IMG/VR virus record: IMGVR_UViG_3300020413_000003
Span: 1 to 64,000 of that record
Reading direction: 5' to 3' (one strand)
Source: a virus
Lineage: Duplodnaviria > Caudoviricetes
DNA length: 64,000 nucleotides
Positions within the stretch are counted from its first letter, which is position 1. Every line of letters begins with the position of its first letter. The translations under genes and the position numbers were made by a program. This document shows, piece after piece, positions 19,133 to 29,761 of the stretch. The notes beneath the pieces are model-generated. The model had not been told where the DNA came from and did no database searches. It was given only the letters and a program-made list of their open reading frames with translations.

Positions 19133-20632
19133 ATGGCAACTCAAGGATTACTTGCACAACTTAAACCTACAGCCAATACGGATACAATCCTTTATGAAGG
19201 TCCTGTAGCAAGTTCAGCAAGCACTGTATTAACAATAGCAAACGATGGTACTGGATCAGCATATGATGTTGCTATAAAAGATTACTGTCAAAAGGTAACT
19301 TTAGATGCATCGACATATAAGTTACATAAAGGAGATATATTAACACATTATGAAGTACAACTTAATGTTGCTTCACCATTATCTACTACAGCTAATATAG
19401 CAGCAGGTACAGTTTTTACTTCAGCAGATAAAGAAAAGTCTCTTAAATTTGAGTCTTATTTGGTTCCTACACTAACTACAATCTTTATAAAGAAATTTGC
19501 AATCAGACAGGTTACTTTAGAATCAGTTGCAGGTAACTTTGCTGTTGGTGATACTATCACTAAAGGAACAGCACCTAACGCAACAACTGCTACTGTTTTT
19601 GATTCATTTGACGATACTACAAATAACTTAAGAATACTTCAAATAGGACCATCAACTATCAATGGAACTGGAACTGAGTTCGCTGATGGTGATTCTACTC
19701 AAACTGGAACTAACGGAACTGGAACTGTATCAACTGGTGGTGTTGCAGCGGCTAACGATGAATTTGTGTTCTCTACGACAACATCTGGTGGAACATATAC
19801 GATGTATGTTAATGAAGCGATAACGGTATTCACTGATAGAACATACAGATTTGATGTTTCTGACTCTACTATGAGTGGTAGAGATTTTAAGTTATCTCTT
19901 GATTCAAATGGAGAATGGGGAGGTGATAACACTGCAGGAACCTTAGATGATGGAACTGAATATACCACTGGTAAAACTACCAATGGTACTGCAGGTTCTA
20001 GTAGTGCTTATGTTCAGTATGATCTTTCTGCTAATACAAACACTGTTGCACAATACTATTTCTATGATGGTGGCACGGGAACTGCAGCTAACTCTGGATA
20101 TGGTGGTTCCGACAGAGTTTTACAGACATCTACTAACTTCACATATAATGCTTTTTGGGCATATGATGTAACAGGAACATGGGTTGCAACTGATACTTTC
20201 ACTGTTGGTGGAACAACTTATACTGTTGATGGCACAACACCTGGTGCTTACGGGTATGTTCGTGATTACACGGGATCAGTTATGACCTTTATTAAAGGTA
20301 TAGGATCACCTGATATTACAACTTCTGATACATTCTACGATGTTCCTGCCTTAGCAGGATCAGCAAGACAACTAATTAATGTTAACTCTATTGATGTTGC
20401 ATCAAACGCAGTAGAGGCAAATCATTACATTGTTAAGGGTTTAAGCAATGGTAACAATGAGGTAGATAGAATTACTTCAATAGTTATAGGTCCTGGTGAG
20501 ACAGTTGTAGTTAATTCTGCTACTGCTAATAATGTATTTTCATTGATAGGATTCGAGGATTCAACAACCAGTTTCCCAACTCAAACCTACTCTGCTGCTG
20601 AAGAAGGCGGTGGCGGTGGCGGTGCACCATAA
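19133..20632 (+). CDS. virion structural protein
   Basis: Thr/Gly-rich beta protein with RTYRFDVSDS motif, in the late structural block. Confidence 0.65.
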   Translation: MATQGLLAQLKPTANTDTILYEGPVASSASTVLTIANDGTGSAYDVAIKDYCQKVTLDASTYKLHKGDILTHYEVQLNVASPLSTTANIAAGTVFTSADKEKSLKFESYLVPTLTTIFIKKFAIRQVTLESVAGNFAVGDTITKGTAPNATTATVFDSFDDTTNNLRILQIGPSTINGTGTEFADGDSTQTGTNGTGTVSTGGVAAANDEFVFSTTTSGGTYTMYVNEAITVFTDRTYRFDVSDSTMSGRDFKLSLDSNGEWGGDNTAGTLDDGTEYTTGKTTNGTAGSSSAYVQYDLSANTNTVAQYYFYDGGTGTAANSGYGGSDRVLQTSTNFTYNAFWAYDVTGTWVATDTFTVGGTTYTVDGTTPGAYGYVRDYTGSVMTFIKGIGSPDITTSDTFYDVPALAGSARQLINVNSIDVASNAVEANHYIVKGLSNGNNEVDRITSIVIGPGETVVVNSATANNVFSLIGFEDSTTSFPTQTYSAAEEGGGGGGAP

Positions 20633-20638
20633 TAAATA
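20632..20638 (+). promoter_or_regulatory. late promoter
   Basis: ATAAATA upstream of the 1325-aa gene. Confidence 0.55.
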
Positions 20639-20658
20639 ACTAAAAGGCGAATAGTTAA

Positions 20659-23600
20659 ATGTCACTAACGAGACTAAAGAATATTATTACGTCCAGAACT
20701 GGACGTATCATATATGTAAACCCTGATGATTTTGATGCATCTGATGCTATTGATAATAGGGGTAACTCTGCGTTGCGTCCTTTCAAATCATTACAAAGGG
20801 CATTTCTAGAGGTAGCAAGATTCTCATATAGAGTTGGTTTAAGTAATGACGAGTTTGATGCCTTTAGTATCATGCTCTATCCTGCTGAGTATGTGATTGA
20901 CAATAGACCAGGCGAAGTATTATATACTAACGTTGCACCTATTGATGAAAACTCAAACTTAGATTTAACTTCACCTAATAACGTTCTTTATAAATTTAAC
21001 TCGGCTGAAGGTGGTATTATAGTTCCCAGAGGTTGTTCAGTTGTTGGAACTGACCTACGTCGTACAAAAATTATTCCAAAATATATTCCATATCCTACAG
21101 TTTATGCTGCAAAAGGTATTAACACTGAAGATCAGATCCCACCAAGAACAGCAATATTCAAGGTAACTGGTGGTACATATTTCTGGCAGTTCTCATTCTT
21201 TGACGGAGCAGAGGAAGGAGTATATTTCAAACCCGATTCTACAGAGACACTAGCACCTAAGTTCTCTCATCATAGACTTACATGTTTTGAGTTTGCTGAT
21301 GGTCTTAATACTTTATCAAGTCTTATATCTGCAGGAACTGTTCCAAATGCTGATTACTCAGCTGTTCCTAATATTTTAGAAAGAACAGATTTAGATATAT
21401 ACTACCAAAAGGTATCAAAAGCATTCGCAACTATACCAGATACATCTGGAGATCCAAGTGCAGATCAAATACAGGCAAGGGTTGAAGAAAACAGAATCGT
21501 TGGTCCTATTTCTGATGAATACAGGGTTCTACAGATTACAAGAAATGGTAACACTGCAACTGCTGTTACTGTTGATGAGTTTGACAACCCAAGAAATCAC
21601 GGATTCTCTGTTGGTGTAAACATCAACGTTAGTGGTGTTACTGGATCAACAGGTCCTCAGTCAGAAGTTGACGCAAGTTTATATAACGGATCATTTACTG
21701 TTACATCTGCATCTGGAAACGTATTTACATATCAGATGTCAAGTGAACCAACTGGTAACGCAGTAGGTACAAACATTGGAGTTAAGACTGAGATTGATAC
21801 AGTTGACTCTGCATCACCATACGCATTTAACCTATCACTAAGATCAGTGTGGGGTATGAATGGTATGCATGCAAACGGTGCTAAAGCAACTGGTTTCAAA
21901 TCAATGGTTGTTGCCCAGTTCACTGGACTGTCACTACAAAAAGATGATAGAGCATTTGTAAGATATAATAGTTCGACTGGTAATTATGATGTGGCAACCG
22001 CAGGAGACGGTGCACACTTAGATGGATATGCTGAATATAGAAAAGGATGGGGACATAGACATATTGTTGCATCTGATGATGCATTCGTTCAAGCGGTTTC
22101 GGTGTTCGCTGTTGGATACTATGGACACTTTACATGTGAGCGTGGTGCTGACATGTCAATTACTAATAGTAACAGTAACTTTGGTAATACAGCGTTGAGA
22201 GCAGCAGGATTTAAAAAGAAATCATTCTCTAAAGATAAATCAGGTGCATTAACACATATTATTCCACCAAAAGCGTTGAATGTTATTTCAACTACAGCTA
22301 CTGGTAGTAACGGTGGTTCTTCTATAACACTGGCTAATGATGGTAGTGTTAATGGTATTATCGAAGGTATGCTTGTTTCTGGAACAGGAATTGGAGCAGA
22401 AGCAACTGTAGGTGCTGTTAATACTAATACAAGAGTTATAACTCTTACTTCTACTAATACAGCAGACTTAGCAAATCAAAACGTTATTTTTGGAGAAGAG
22501 ACATCTGTTAACTGGGTGAACATTGATATTCCAAGAACAAAAGCAATCAACTCCTCACTAGCAGGACAAGGTGGAACACCAGGCACAAGACTATACTTAT
22601 ATGGTTATGTTGTTGAACAGTCAGCACCAACAACAAGAGTTCAAGGTTATACTATTGGTGCTAGACAAGATGGTACTGGAGCAAGTGCAGTAGCAGATAA
22701 GATTAACTGTTTACTTGTAGCATCTGGTGCTAGTGAAGCAACTGTTCATTATGCTTCCATATCACCTTATGGTCCTAGTGTTTCTGGTGCTGCTGCAGGA
22801 ACAGCAGGATCACCAATACAGTATGATGCAAATACATATACTATTAATGGTGTAGCAGGTCAAGTTGGTGGTTGGTATCTATCTGTAGATTCTGTAAACA
22901 ATACAATTTACACTACATTATCAGTTAATACCACTTATAATACTGTTAACTTTACTCCAACTACATTCCTTAAAAGAATACCTGACCCAAGAAACCTTGC
23001 TGACAGAACATATCGTGTAAGATTTGTAATTGATAAAGATAAGACTAATCCATTACCAAGAGATCCTATCTCTGGTTATGTTATGCAACCACTGAATAGT
23101 GATACTACTTCATATGCATTAGATAGATGTTTCTACCTGTATGATATAAATGTAATTCAAGAGTTTGAAAGAGGAACTAAAGATGGTATATACTATCTAA
23201 CTCTACTATGCGGTTCGATTGCACCATCAACATCTAACTTTAATGACAGGAAGTTCTCACAGAATGTGAACGAAGTATATCCTACATTTGATAGGGATAA
23301 TCCACTTGCTGATCCAGATGCTGCTGTATCCATAGCTGATAACGTTACTATTGGATTAGTTAATGCTACAGATGGAGCAAATCCACCAAATATGGATCCT
23401 CAAAGATCAATTACTAAAGAAGGAACAGAGTTCTTACTAACTGATACTGGATGGACACAACCAGGTACTACACCTAACTATGACTCAGTTAACAAGAGAC
23501 TATCTAATATTGAACTAACTGCAAGAGCAGGTGATGAAGAAACCCGTAAAATTAATATCAGGGAGAACAATGATGGAACAGTTGCACCAATCAACGTTGA

Positions 23601-24636
23601 GTTTAGACGACACTCAATCCTTAGATCAGGTAACCATACGTTTGAATACCTCGGTTTCGGTCCAGGTAACTACTCCACAGCATTCCCTCAGACACAGGTC
23701 GAGACTCTATCACAAAACCAAGTTAGATTCTCTCAGTCAATTAAGGAAGAAGGAGGAGTCAGTTTCTACTCTGGTCTTAACTCCAACGGTGACCTATTCA
23801 TCGGTAACCAAGTCATCAACCCAGTTACAGGTCAAATCACCAACGAAGATATTGCACAGTTGAATGTTATTGGTGAAGAGAACACAACTATCGAAACGTT
23901 CTCTGAATTGGTGTTAACTGATAAACTAACAGTTATTGGTGGTGCATCAAACCAGTTAGAATCTATCTTTGCAGGTCCTGTTACATTCCAGAAGCAGACA
24001 ACATTCCAAGACAACCTGTCTTCAAGAAAAATTTCATATTATAACCAAGATGGTACTGTTATCAAACAGACATTACTTGCACCAGAAAATACAGCAGGAA
24101 ATGCACCTGACTTATCATCTATTACAAACTATAATACACCAGGTGACGGTGACTTAGTTTATAATATCAACTGGACACCAGGTAAATCTCTTGGATGGAT
24201 TTACTATAACCAAGCATGGAAAGAGTTTGGTCTTACAAATACACAAGATATTAATATAGAAGAGTATAGTGCAAGCACTGTTATAGGTCTTGGAACTGCA
24301 CCTAATCAATACTATAGAGTTAAAGCTCTTGGTAACATATTGATTGACGGTGACTTAGTTGTTACTGGTAACGGTGGTGTTGGTTCTGATAAGTATATTA
24401 CCAGAACATATACTGGTGATGGTGTTACATTAACATTCGCACTGACAGTTTATACACCAGGTCCTAATGGTCCTATTCAGCACAGTAATAGTTCTGTTCT
24501 GGTATATCTAAATGGTGTAGCACAAATTGGTGGTACTAACTATACCGTTGATAGTAACGGTGCTAACGTTGTCTTCGGATCAGGAGATGCACCTTTAGCA
24601 ACTGATACTGTTCACATTGTTGAATTACCTATCTAA
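20659..24636 (+). CDS. large virion structural protein (beta-helix-containing tail/fibre protein)
   Basis: MSLTRL.N...GRIIYVNPDDFDASD.IDNRGNS..RPFKSLQRA, GTDLRRTKI, SITNSNSNFG, GHTFEY-like and GFGPGNYST motifs typical of cyanomyovirus structural proteins. Confidence 0.75.
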   Translation: MSLTRLKNIITSRTGRIIYVNPDDFDASDAIDNRGNSALRPFKSLQRAFLEVARFSYRVGLSNDEFDAFSIMLYPAEYVIDNRPGEVLYTNVAPIDENSNLDLTSPNNVLYKFNSAEGGIIVPRGCSVVGTDLRRTKIIPKYIPYPTVYAAKGINTEDQIPPRTAIFKVTGGTYFWQFSFFDGAEEGVYFKPDSTETLAPKFSHHRLTCFEFADGLNTLSSLISAGTVPNADYSAVPNILERTDLDIYYQKVSKAFATIPDTSGDPSADQIQARVEENRIVGPISDEYRVLQITRNGNTATAVTVDEFDNPRNHGFSVGVNINVSGVTGSTGPQSEVDASLYNGSFTVTSASGNVFTYQMSSEPTGNAVGTNIGVKTEIDTVDSASPYAFNLSLRSVWGMNGMHANGAKATGFKSMVVAQFTGLSLQKDDRAFVRYNSSTGNYDVATAGDGAHLDGYAEYRKGWGHRHIVASDDAFVQAVSVFAVGYYGHFTCERGADMSITNSNSNFGNTALRAAGFKKKSFSKDKSGALTHIIPPKALNVISTTATGSNGGSSITLANDGSVNGIIEGMLVSGTGIGAEATVGAVNTNTRVITLTSTNTADLANQNVIFGEETSVNWVNIDIPRTKAINSSLAGQGGTPGTRLYLYGYVVEQSAPTTRVQGYTIGARQDGTGASAVADKINCLLVASGASEATVHYASISPYGPSVSGAAAGTAGSPIQYDANTYTINGVAGQVGGWYLSVDSVNNTIYTTLSVNTTYNTVNFTPTTFLKRIPDPRNLADRTYRVRFVIDKDKTNPLPRDPISGYVMQPLNSDTTSYALDRCFYLYDINVIQEFERGTKDGIYYLTLLCGSIAPSTSNFNDRKFSQNVNEVYPTFDRDNPLADPDAAVSIADNVTIGLVNATDGANPPNMDPQRSITKEGTEFLLTDTGWTQPGTTPNYDSVNKRLSNIELTARAGDEETRKINIRENNDGTVAPINVEFRRHSILRSGNHTFEYLGFGPGNYSTAFPQTQVETLSQNQVRFSQSIKEEGGVSFYSGLNSNGDLFIGNQVINPVTGQITNEDIAQLNVIGEENTTIETFSELVLTDKLTVIGGASNQLESIFAGPVTFQKQTTFQDNLSSRKISYYNQDGTVIKQTLLAPENTAGNAPDLSSITNYNTPGDGDLVYNINWTPGKSLGWIYYNQAWKEFGLTNTQDINIEEYSASTVIGLGTAPNQYYRVKALGNILIDGDLVVTGNGGVGSDKYITRTYTGDGVTLTFALTVYTPGPNGPIQHSNSSVLVYLNGVAQIGGTNYTVDSNGANVVFGSGDAPLATDTVHIVELPI

Positions 24637-24642
24637 TAAATA
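24636..24642 (+). promoter_or_regulatory. late promoter
   Basis: ATAAATA overlapping the upstream stop codon. Confidence 0.55.
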
Positions 24643-24662
24643 AAGGGGGATAGTTATAACTT

Positions 24663-25097
24663 ATGGCACTCACAAGAATTAGTGGAAACCAAATAGCAGA
24701 CACAACTGAAGCAGTTATTACAACGCTCAGTTTTCTGAATTCTAACAGTGTTTTCAGACTTCCAGCTGGAACCGAAGCTCAACGACCAGCTGGTGTGTCT
24801 TTGGGAACAATGCGTTTTAATACTACTGCTGATAGTGCAGAAGTATATGCTAATGACGATGGATCTGGTAATCCAGGTTGGATCGAAGTTGGAGCTGGTG
24901 GTGCTGTTGTCGGTGATAAAGGTCAGATCAGATGTAATAATGATACTATTGAAGAAAATATTGATCTCGATCCATCAATCGGTAACGAATTCAAAATCGG
25001 ATATATGGCGGGTGATGTTTCTGTTGGTAATGGTTATACACTAACTGTTGCTAGTGGAGCGACCCTATATATGATAGGTTCTGACCCCTATAGTTAA
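24663..25097 (+). CDS. tail-fibre-associated structural protein
   Basis: LPAGTEAQRP...GTMRFNTT...EVY fibre motif. Confidence 0.7.
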   Translation: MALTRISGNQIADTTEAVITTLSFLNSNSVFRLPAGTEAQRPAGVSLGTMRFNTTADSAEVYANDDGSGNPGWIEVGAGGAVVGDKGQIRCNNDTIEENIDLDPSIGNEFKIGYMAGDVSVGNGYTLTVASGATLYMIGSDPYS

Positions 25098-25103
25098 TAA
25101 ATA
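25097..25103 (+). promoter_or_regulatory. late promoter
   Basis: ATAAATA upstream of the Gly-rich pair. Confidence 0.55.
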
Positions 25104-25124
25104 GTTTTACAAAACGGATAGACA

Positions 25125-25928
25125 ATGAGTACACTAAGAGTCGCTGCTATTAAAGACCTAACAGGTAATACTGGGTTTGTTTTGTCCTCTTCTACTGTGA
25201 CAACCAATAATACATTGGTGATACCAGGAACAATACAAATTAACGGATCAATAACTGGATCTACTAATAGTATACTTCCATCACACTCAGGGCAAAATGG
25301 TAAGATGTTATATACCAATGGGTCATCACCCTATTGGGATAATCCACCCTCTGCAGATAACATCTCAAGTATGAGTGTGTTTACATCATCAGGTACTTGG
25401 AATAGACCTTCAGACGTTAAATATATCAAAGTTCAAGTCATCGGTGGCGGTGGAGCAGGTGGTGGACATGGAGAAGGTGGAGGAGCAGGTGGATATTCAG
25501 AAGAAGTTATAAACGTAGAAAGTATAAGTTCAGTATATTGCACAATATCAGGAGAATCTAACGGAACATATTACAGAGGTGGAGCAGGAAACGGTGGATC
25601 ATCTTCATTCGGATCTTACTTATCAGCATCAGGTGGATATGGAGCAAATAGAAATCATCAGCATAATGGTGGTTTAGGAGGAGTAGGTTCTGGAGGAAAC
25701 TTAAACATCTATGGTGGAGGAGGAGACTCTCATCATGGACGTTCATCAGTTGGTGGAGCAGGATTCTGGGGTGGAGCAGTAGCAGGTGGACACCCTCAAG
25801 GTGGAAACTTTAGTCATAACCATCAATCTCACTCATCACCTGGATCAGGTGGTAGTGGTGGTTACTTCAACTCACATAGAGGGTCTAACGGTAGACCTGG
25901 TATGATCGTTATTACACACTTTAAATAA
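25125..25928 (+). CDS. glycine-rich fibre tip/adhesin-like protein, paralogue A
   Basis: FTSSGTW..P..VKYIKVQVIGGGGAGG...GRPGMIVI glycine-rich domain. Confidence 0.75.
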   Translation: MSTLRVAAIKDLTGNTGFVLSSSTVTTNNTLVIPGTIQINGSITGSTNSILPSHSGQNGKMLYTNGSSPYWDNPPSADNISSMSVFTSSGTWNRPSDVKYIKVQVIGGGGAGGGHGEGGGAGGYSEEVINVESISSVYCTISGESNGTYYRGGAGNGGSSSFGSYLSASGGYGANRNHQHNGGLGGVGSGGNLNIYGGGGDSHHGRSSVGGAGFWGGAVAGGHPQGGNFSHNHQSHSSPGSGGSGGYFNSHRGSNGRPGMIVITHFK

Positions 25929-26762
25929 ATGAGTAGTCTAAAAGTCCTTAACATATATGATGTATCTGGTACGTGTGGACTTATCAGAAATGGATCTAAT
26001 TGGGAAATCAATAGAACCGATGGTGGTGATGAAAAATTAACTGTTAACACTCTACAAATAGATGGTAGTGTTACTGGTAATGCTTCAAGTAGATTTTTAC
26101 CTTCTCAATCTGGTAACTCAGGTAAGGTTTTAAAATCAAATGGTTCAACAGGTTACTGGGAAACATTTCTGGGACCTCAAGGAAACCTAACTAGTATGCA
26201 AGTGTTCACCTCTGGTGGCACATGGTCTAGACCATCAGATGTTCGTTATGTTCACGTCCAAGTAGTTGGAGGTGGAGGAGGTGGCGGTGGTCATGGTGAA
26301 GGTGGAGGAGCAGGTGGCTACTCCGAAGAGATTATTAATGTAGAAAGTGTATCAACAGTATCAGTAAGCGTATCAGGAGAAGCAGGTGGAACATATTATC
26401 GAGGAGGTGCTGGAAATGGGGGATCCAGCTCGTTCGGATCTTATCTCTCAGCTTCTGGTGGTTATGGTGCCAACAGAAATCATCAACACAATGGCGGTCT
26501 TGGAGGCGTTGGGTCGGGAGGCAACCTAAACATATATGGTGGTGGTGGAGACCAACATCATGATGGTGGATCATCAAACGCAAACTCTGGAAGAAGTTTC
26601 TGGGGTGGTTGTGTAGCAGGTGGTCATCCTCAAGGTGGTAACTTCTCACATAATCATCAAAGTCATTCACCACCAGGTTCGGGTGGAAATGGCGGGTATT
26701 TCAACAGTCACAGGGGTTCTAATGGAAGACCTGGATTAGTTGTAATAACTCATTATAAATAA
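25929..26762 (+). CDS. glycine-rich fibre tip/adhesin-like protein, paralogue B
   Basis: Same domain; a 55-aa block is identical to paralogue A. Confidence 0.75.
   Translation: MSSLKVLNIYDVSGTCGLIRNGSNWEINRTDGGDEKLTVNTLQIDGSVTGNASSRFLPSQSGNSGKVLKSNGSTGYWETFLGPQGNLTSMQVFTSGGTWSRPSDVRYVHVQVVGGGGGGGGHGEGGGAGGYSEEIINVESVSTVSVSVSGEAGGTYYRGGAGNGGSSSFGSYLSASGGYGANRNHQHNGGLGGVGSGGNLNIYGGGGDQHHDGGSSNANSGRSFWGGCVAGGHPQGGNFSHNHQSHSPPGSGGNGGYFNSHRGSNGRPGLVVITHYK
26754..26761 (+). promoter_or_regulatory. late promoter
   Basis: Perfect TATAAATA upstream of 26786 and the halogenase/oxygenase run. Confidence 0.65.
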
Positions 26763-26785
26763 ATCACGAGGTTCTATTAAGACAG

Positions 26786-27286
26786 ATGAAAAAAGTATTA
26801 GTATCTATTGATGGTCGTGCAATGCAAATTGTAGATCCAGGTCAAGAATTTGAGGTATATAATGGTCCAGATGCTAAGTTCGTCTGGGTTGATGTAGACA
26901 ATGATAATATCACTCTAGATTGGACTCTAGAATACTCACCCGCACAGTCAACAATGGTGTGGATTGAGAGAGACGGAGCATATACAGATCCAGGTATGGC
27001 TCGTCAAGTTGCATATGGAGAAATAGGTCAGCAATTAGACATGCTCTACCGAGACATTGCAGCAGGTAGGAGTTTAGATGCATCAGACGCAGAGTGGTAT
27101 CAGCATATTAAAAATATTAAGAGTACGTATGTAAAACCTGCAGCAGCGTCATCACCTATGACACCAACAGAAATAAAATCATACTCAGAGACAGAAGAAC
27201 CTGCAGCAGATAAGTTTCCTAAGATGTCATATCCAGAGTTACCTGCATGGAAAAGATATAGTGGGTGGACAGATCCTAACGTTTAA
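26786..27286 (+). CDS. tail-fibre assembly/chaperone-like protein
   Basis: R..AYGEIGQQLDMLY.DI...W..HIK.IK..Y.KP pattern of fibre-associated proteins. Confidence 0.6.
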   Translation: MKKVLVSIDGRAMQIVDPGQEFEVYNGPDAKFVWVDVDNDNITLDWTLEYSPAQSTMVWIERDGAYTDPGMARQVAYGEIGQQLDMLYRDIAAGRSLDASDAEWYQHIKNIKSTYVKPAAASSPMTPTEIKSYSETEEPAADKFPKMSYPELPAWKRYSGWTDPNV

Positions 27287-27324
27287 GGTATAATATACAT
27301 AAAGTATAGTCTATATTATTTTTA

Positions 27325-28989
27325 ATGAAAGTTGAAGAACCAGATCATTTTATAGAATTTGAAAACTTTGATCCCTATAAAGGTAAGATCGAAAGTGTAG
27401 TAATTGTAGGTGGTGGGTCATCAGGATGGATGACTGCTGCTGCACTTGCTAAGTTATGTCCTCATTTAGAGGTTGCCTTAGTTGAATCAAAAGATATAAA
27501 AACTATTGGTGTAGGAGAGTCTACTTTAGGACATTTCAACCAATACTTAGAATTATTAGATTTGAAAGATGAGGATTGGATGCCTCATGCAGATGCAACA
27601 TATAAGAACGGTATACAATTTACAAATTTCAGAGAAGGAAAGGAAGAAGTATTCCAATATCCTTTCTATACTGATTACGATTTAACTTATGCACCCCAAG
27701 GTATCAATACTTGGGCTCATCTAGCAAACATGTTTCCAAAAGATTTTCCACCAGAATCTTTTGCTGAATTTTATTGTGCTAATACATTTTTATGTAATGA
27801 GAATAAGCAAACAAGAAATTTTGATAATGTAGTAAGACAGTTTGATTTTAGAAGACATACTGCATACCATTTAGATGCAACAAAGTTTGGAATATATCTT
27901 AGAGATCATATTTGTTTACCAAATGGGGTTCAACATATCTTAGGAGAGATAACTGGATTCCAAACAATGTATGAGAAACCTAATGATCAAACTATTAGTT
28001 ATCTTGTAATGGATGGTATCAATGCAATACAGGCAGATCTCTTTATTGATTGTACAGGATTTAAGTCAAAACTTTTAGGAGGTTTCCAAGGTATACCTTT
28101 CATACCTGCTGAGAATAAACTTGCAAATGATAAAGCATGGGCAGTTCGCATTCCTTATGAAGAGGAAACTAGAGAGAAAGAAATGCGTAATGTGACTGAC
28201 TGTTGGGCAATGAAGAATGGATGGACATGGGATATACCATTATGGAATAGGATTGGTAAAGGATATGTTTATTCCAGTAGATTTTGTCGTAAAGAGTCAG
28301 CAAAACAAGAGTTTATAAAACATCTCAGACATACAGTAGGAAAGAAAAGAGCAGACGCAGCAGAATTATTTCATATTGATATAGAACATGGTAGGAGACA
28401 AAGAGCATGGGTTAACAATGTAGTTGGTATAGGTTTATCATATGGATTTGTAGAACCATTAGAGTCTACTGGTTTACTAACAACTCATGAAAATATACTA
28501 AGACTAGTAACTACTCTTAATCAAAGGGATGGTTATGTAACCAGAACAGAGAAGGAAGGATTCAACTGGATATGTAATTATACTCTTGATAACTTTATTG
28601 ATTTCGTTGCAATGCACTATGCATTCTCTATGAGAACTGATACTCCATATTGGAGGTGGTGTACACAACAAAACTTCTATAATCCAGAGTCAGTAACACA
28701 AAATGTTCCAGTTCATCAATCTATTGAACAGTTTGTTTCATCTACTCTAGGAGAAGGATGGCATCCTAATATGAATGGCATACCATTTATTGCAGCAGGT
28801 CATGGAATAAAATCATCATCATATCTTAAGAGAACTCAATATCTATTAGGAGAATTGATGGCAGATACAGATCATCTAGAAGACAAACGAAAGAAATATC
28901 TACAATGGAAAGAATATATTGAAAAATATGTTGCACAGTTACCATCACATTATGAATTCTTGAGAGACGAAATATATGGGACTCCTTAA
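27325..28989 (+). CDS. flavin-dependent halogenase (tryptophan halogenase/PrnA family)
   Basis: VGGGSSG FAD motif, IGVGEST, ATYKNGI (catalytic Lys position), DCTGF, WTWDIP (WxWxIP), FVEPLESTG. Confidence 0.92.
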   Translation: MKVEEPDHFIEFENFDPYKGKIESVVIVGGGSSGWMTAAALAKLCPHLEVALVESKDIKTIGVGESTLGHFNQYLELLDLKDEDWMPHADATYKNGIQFTNFREGKEEVFQYPFYTDYDLTYAPQGINTWAHLANMFPKDFPPESFAEFYCANTFLCNENKQTRNFDNVVRQFDFRRHTAYHLDATKFGIYLRDHICLPNGVQHILGEITGFQTMYEKPNDQTISYLVMDGINAIQADLFIDCTGFKSKLLGGFQGIPFIPAENKLANDKAWAVRIPYEEETREKEMRNVTDCWAMKNGWTWDIPLWNRIGKGYVYSSRFCRKESAKQEFIKHLRHTVGKKRADAAELFHIDIEHGRRQRAWVNNVVGIGLSYGFVEPLESTGLLTTHENILRLVTTLNQRDGYVTRTEKEGFNWICNYTLDNFIDFVAMHYAFSMRTDTPYWRWCTQQNFYNPESVTQNVPVHQSIEQFVSSTLGEGWHPNMNGIPFIAAGHGIKSSSYLKRTQYLLGELMADTDHLEDKRKKYLQWKEYIEKYVAQLPSHYEFLRDEIYGTP

Positions 28990-29761
28990 CAGAAAACCTT
29001 GGATCAGATTCTATTCATTAGAACCTGCTGTTACTGATCTCTACCCTATTAAACCTGCTAGTAATCAAAAACGTAGTTGGGTTCAAGATGAGAGAAAAAA
29101 ATCAAAATGCCCTATGGCAGGTATATTAACAACTGCTAATTGTCCTGGCATTAAGAACCTTATGTCGTCAGGTTTTATTGTAACTGCACCTGCTGATTTT
29201 AAAGTAACGACTAATGGTGATGGTGTATCATTTACATGGGAAACACCTTTTTTGTTTAAGATGGGTGGTGGTAAGCAAGGATATATTGGTAAGCATGATA
29301 ATACACAAGTGGATCCAATTTTAGATGACCCAAGTAAATCATTAAGATCAGTAGTAAAGGTAGAAACTCCTTGGAGAGTTAAAGCTAGTAATGATATTGT
29401 ATTACTACAATTACCAGTAAACTATAATAATGAAAAGAGATTTACTGCAGCAACGGGATTGTTAGATCCAAAATACGGGCATGTTATACACGCTCAATTG
29501 TTCTGGCATGTATTAGAAGGTGAAACTCATGTTAAGGCAGGTACACCATTAATACAATATATTCCAATGCATAGAAAATACTTGCAGAATAGTTATTTTA
29601 ATACTATAATAGACTCTGCAGGTGATGTTGAATGGCAGATGGAAGAATCTTTCGAGTATGCTAATCAATCACAATTCCTTGCAGAAGACTCTGTTCAAAA
29701 CCGTCTAAATAGGGTGATGACAGTATTCAACAAGTATCGCAACAAAGGTTTCAAATTATGA
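28976..29761 (+). CDS. hypothetical protein (beta-rich, often found near phage oxygenase clusters)
   Basis: CPGI..LMSSGFIV, K..TPWRV, VKAGTPLIQYIP; overlaps the halogenase stop. Confidence 0.6.
   Translation: MGLLNRKPWIRFYSLEPAVTDLYPIKPASNQKRSWVQDERKKSKCPMAGILTTANCPGIKNLMSSGFIVTAPADFKVTTNGDGVSFTWETPFLFKMGGGKQGYIGKHDNTQVDPILDDPSKSLRSVVKVETPWRVKASNDIVLLQLPVNYNNEKRFTAATGLLDPKYGHVIHAQLFWHVLEGETHVKAGTPLIQYIPMHRKYLQNSYFNTIIDSAGDVEWQMEESFEYANQSQFLAEDSVQNRLNRVMTVFNKYRNKGFKL

Noticed and set aside
25125-26762. Duplicated Gly-rich genes as a diversity-generating retroelement TR/VR pair
   Set aside because: Differences in the shared block are synonymous rather than adenine-specific, both copies are full genes, and no reverse transcriptase is in the window.
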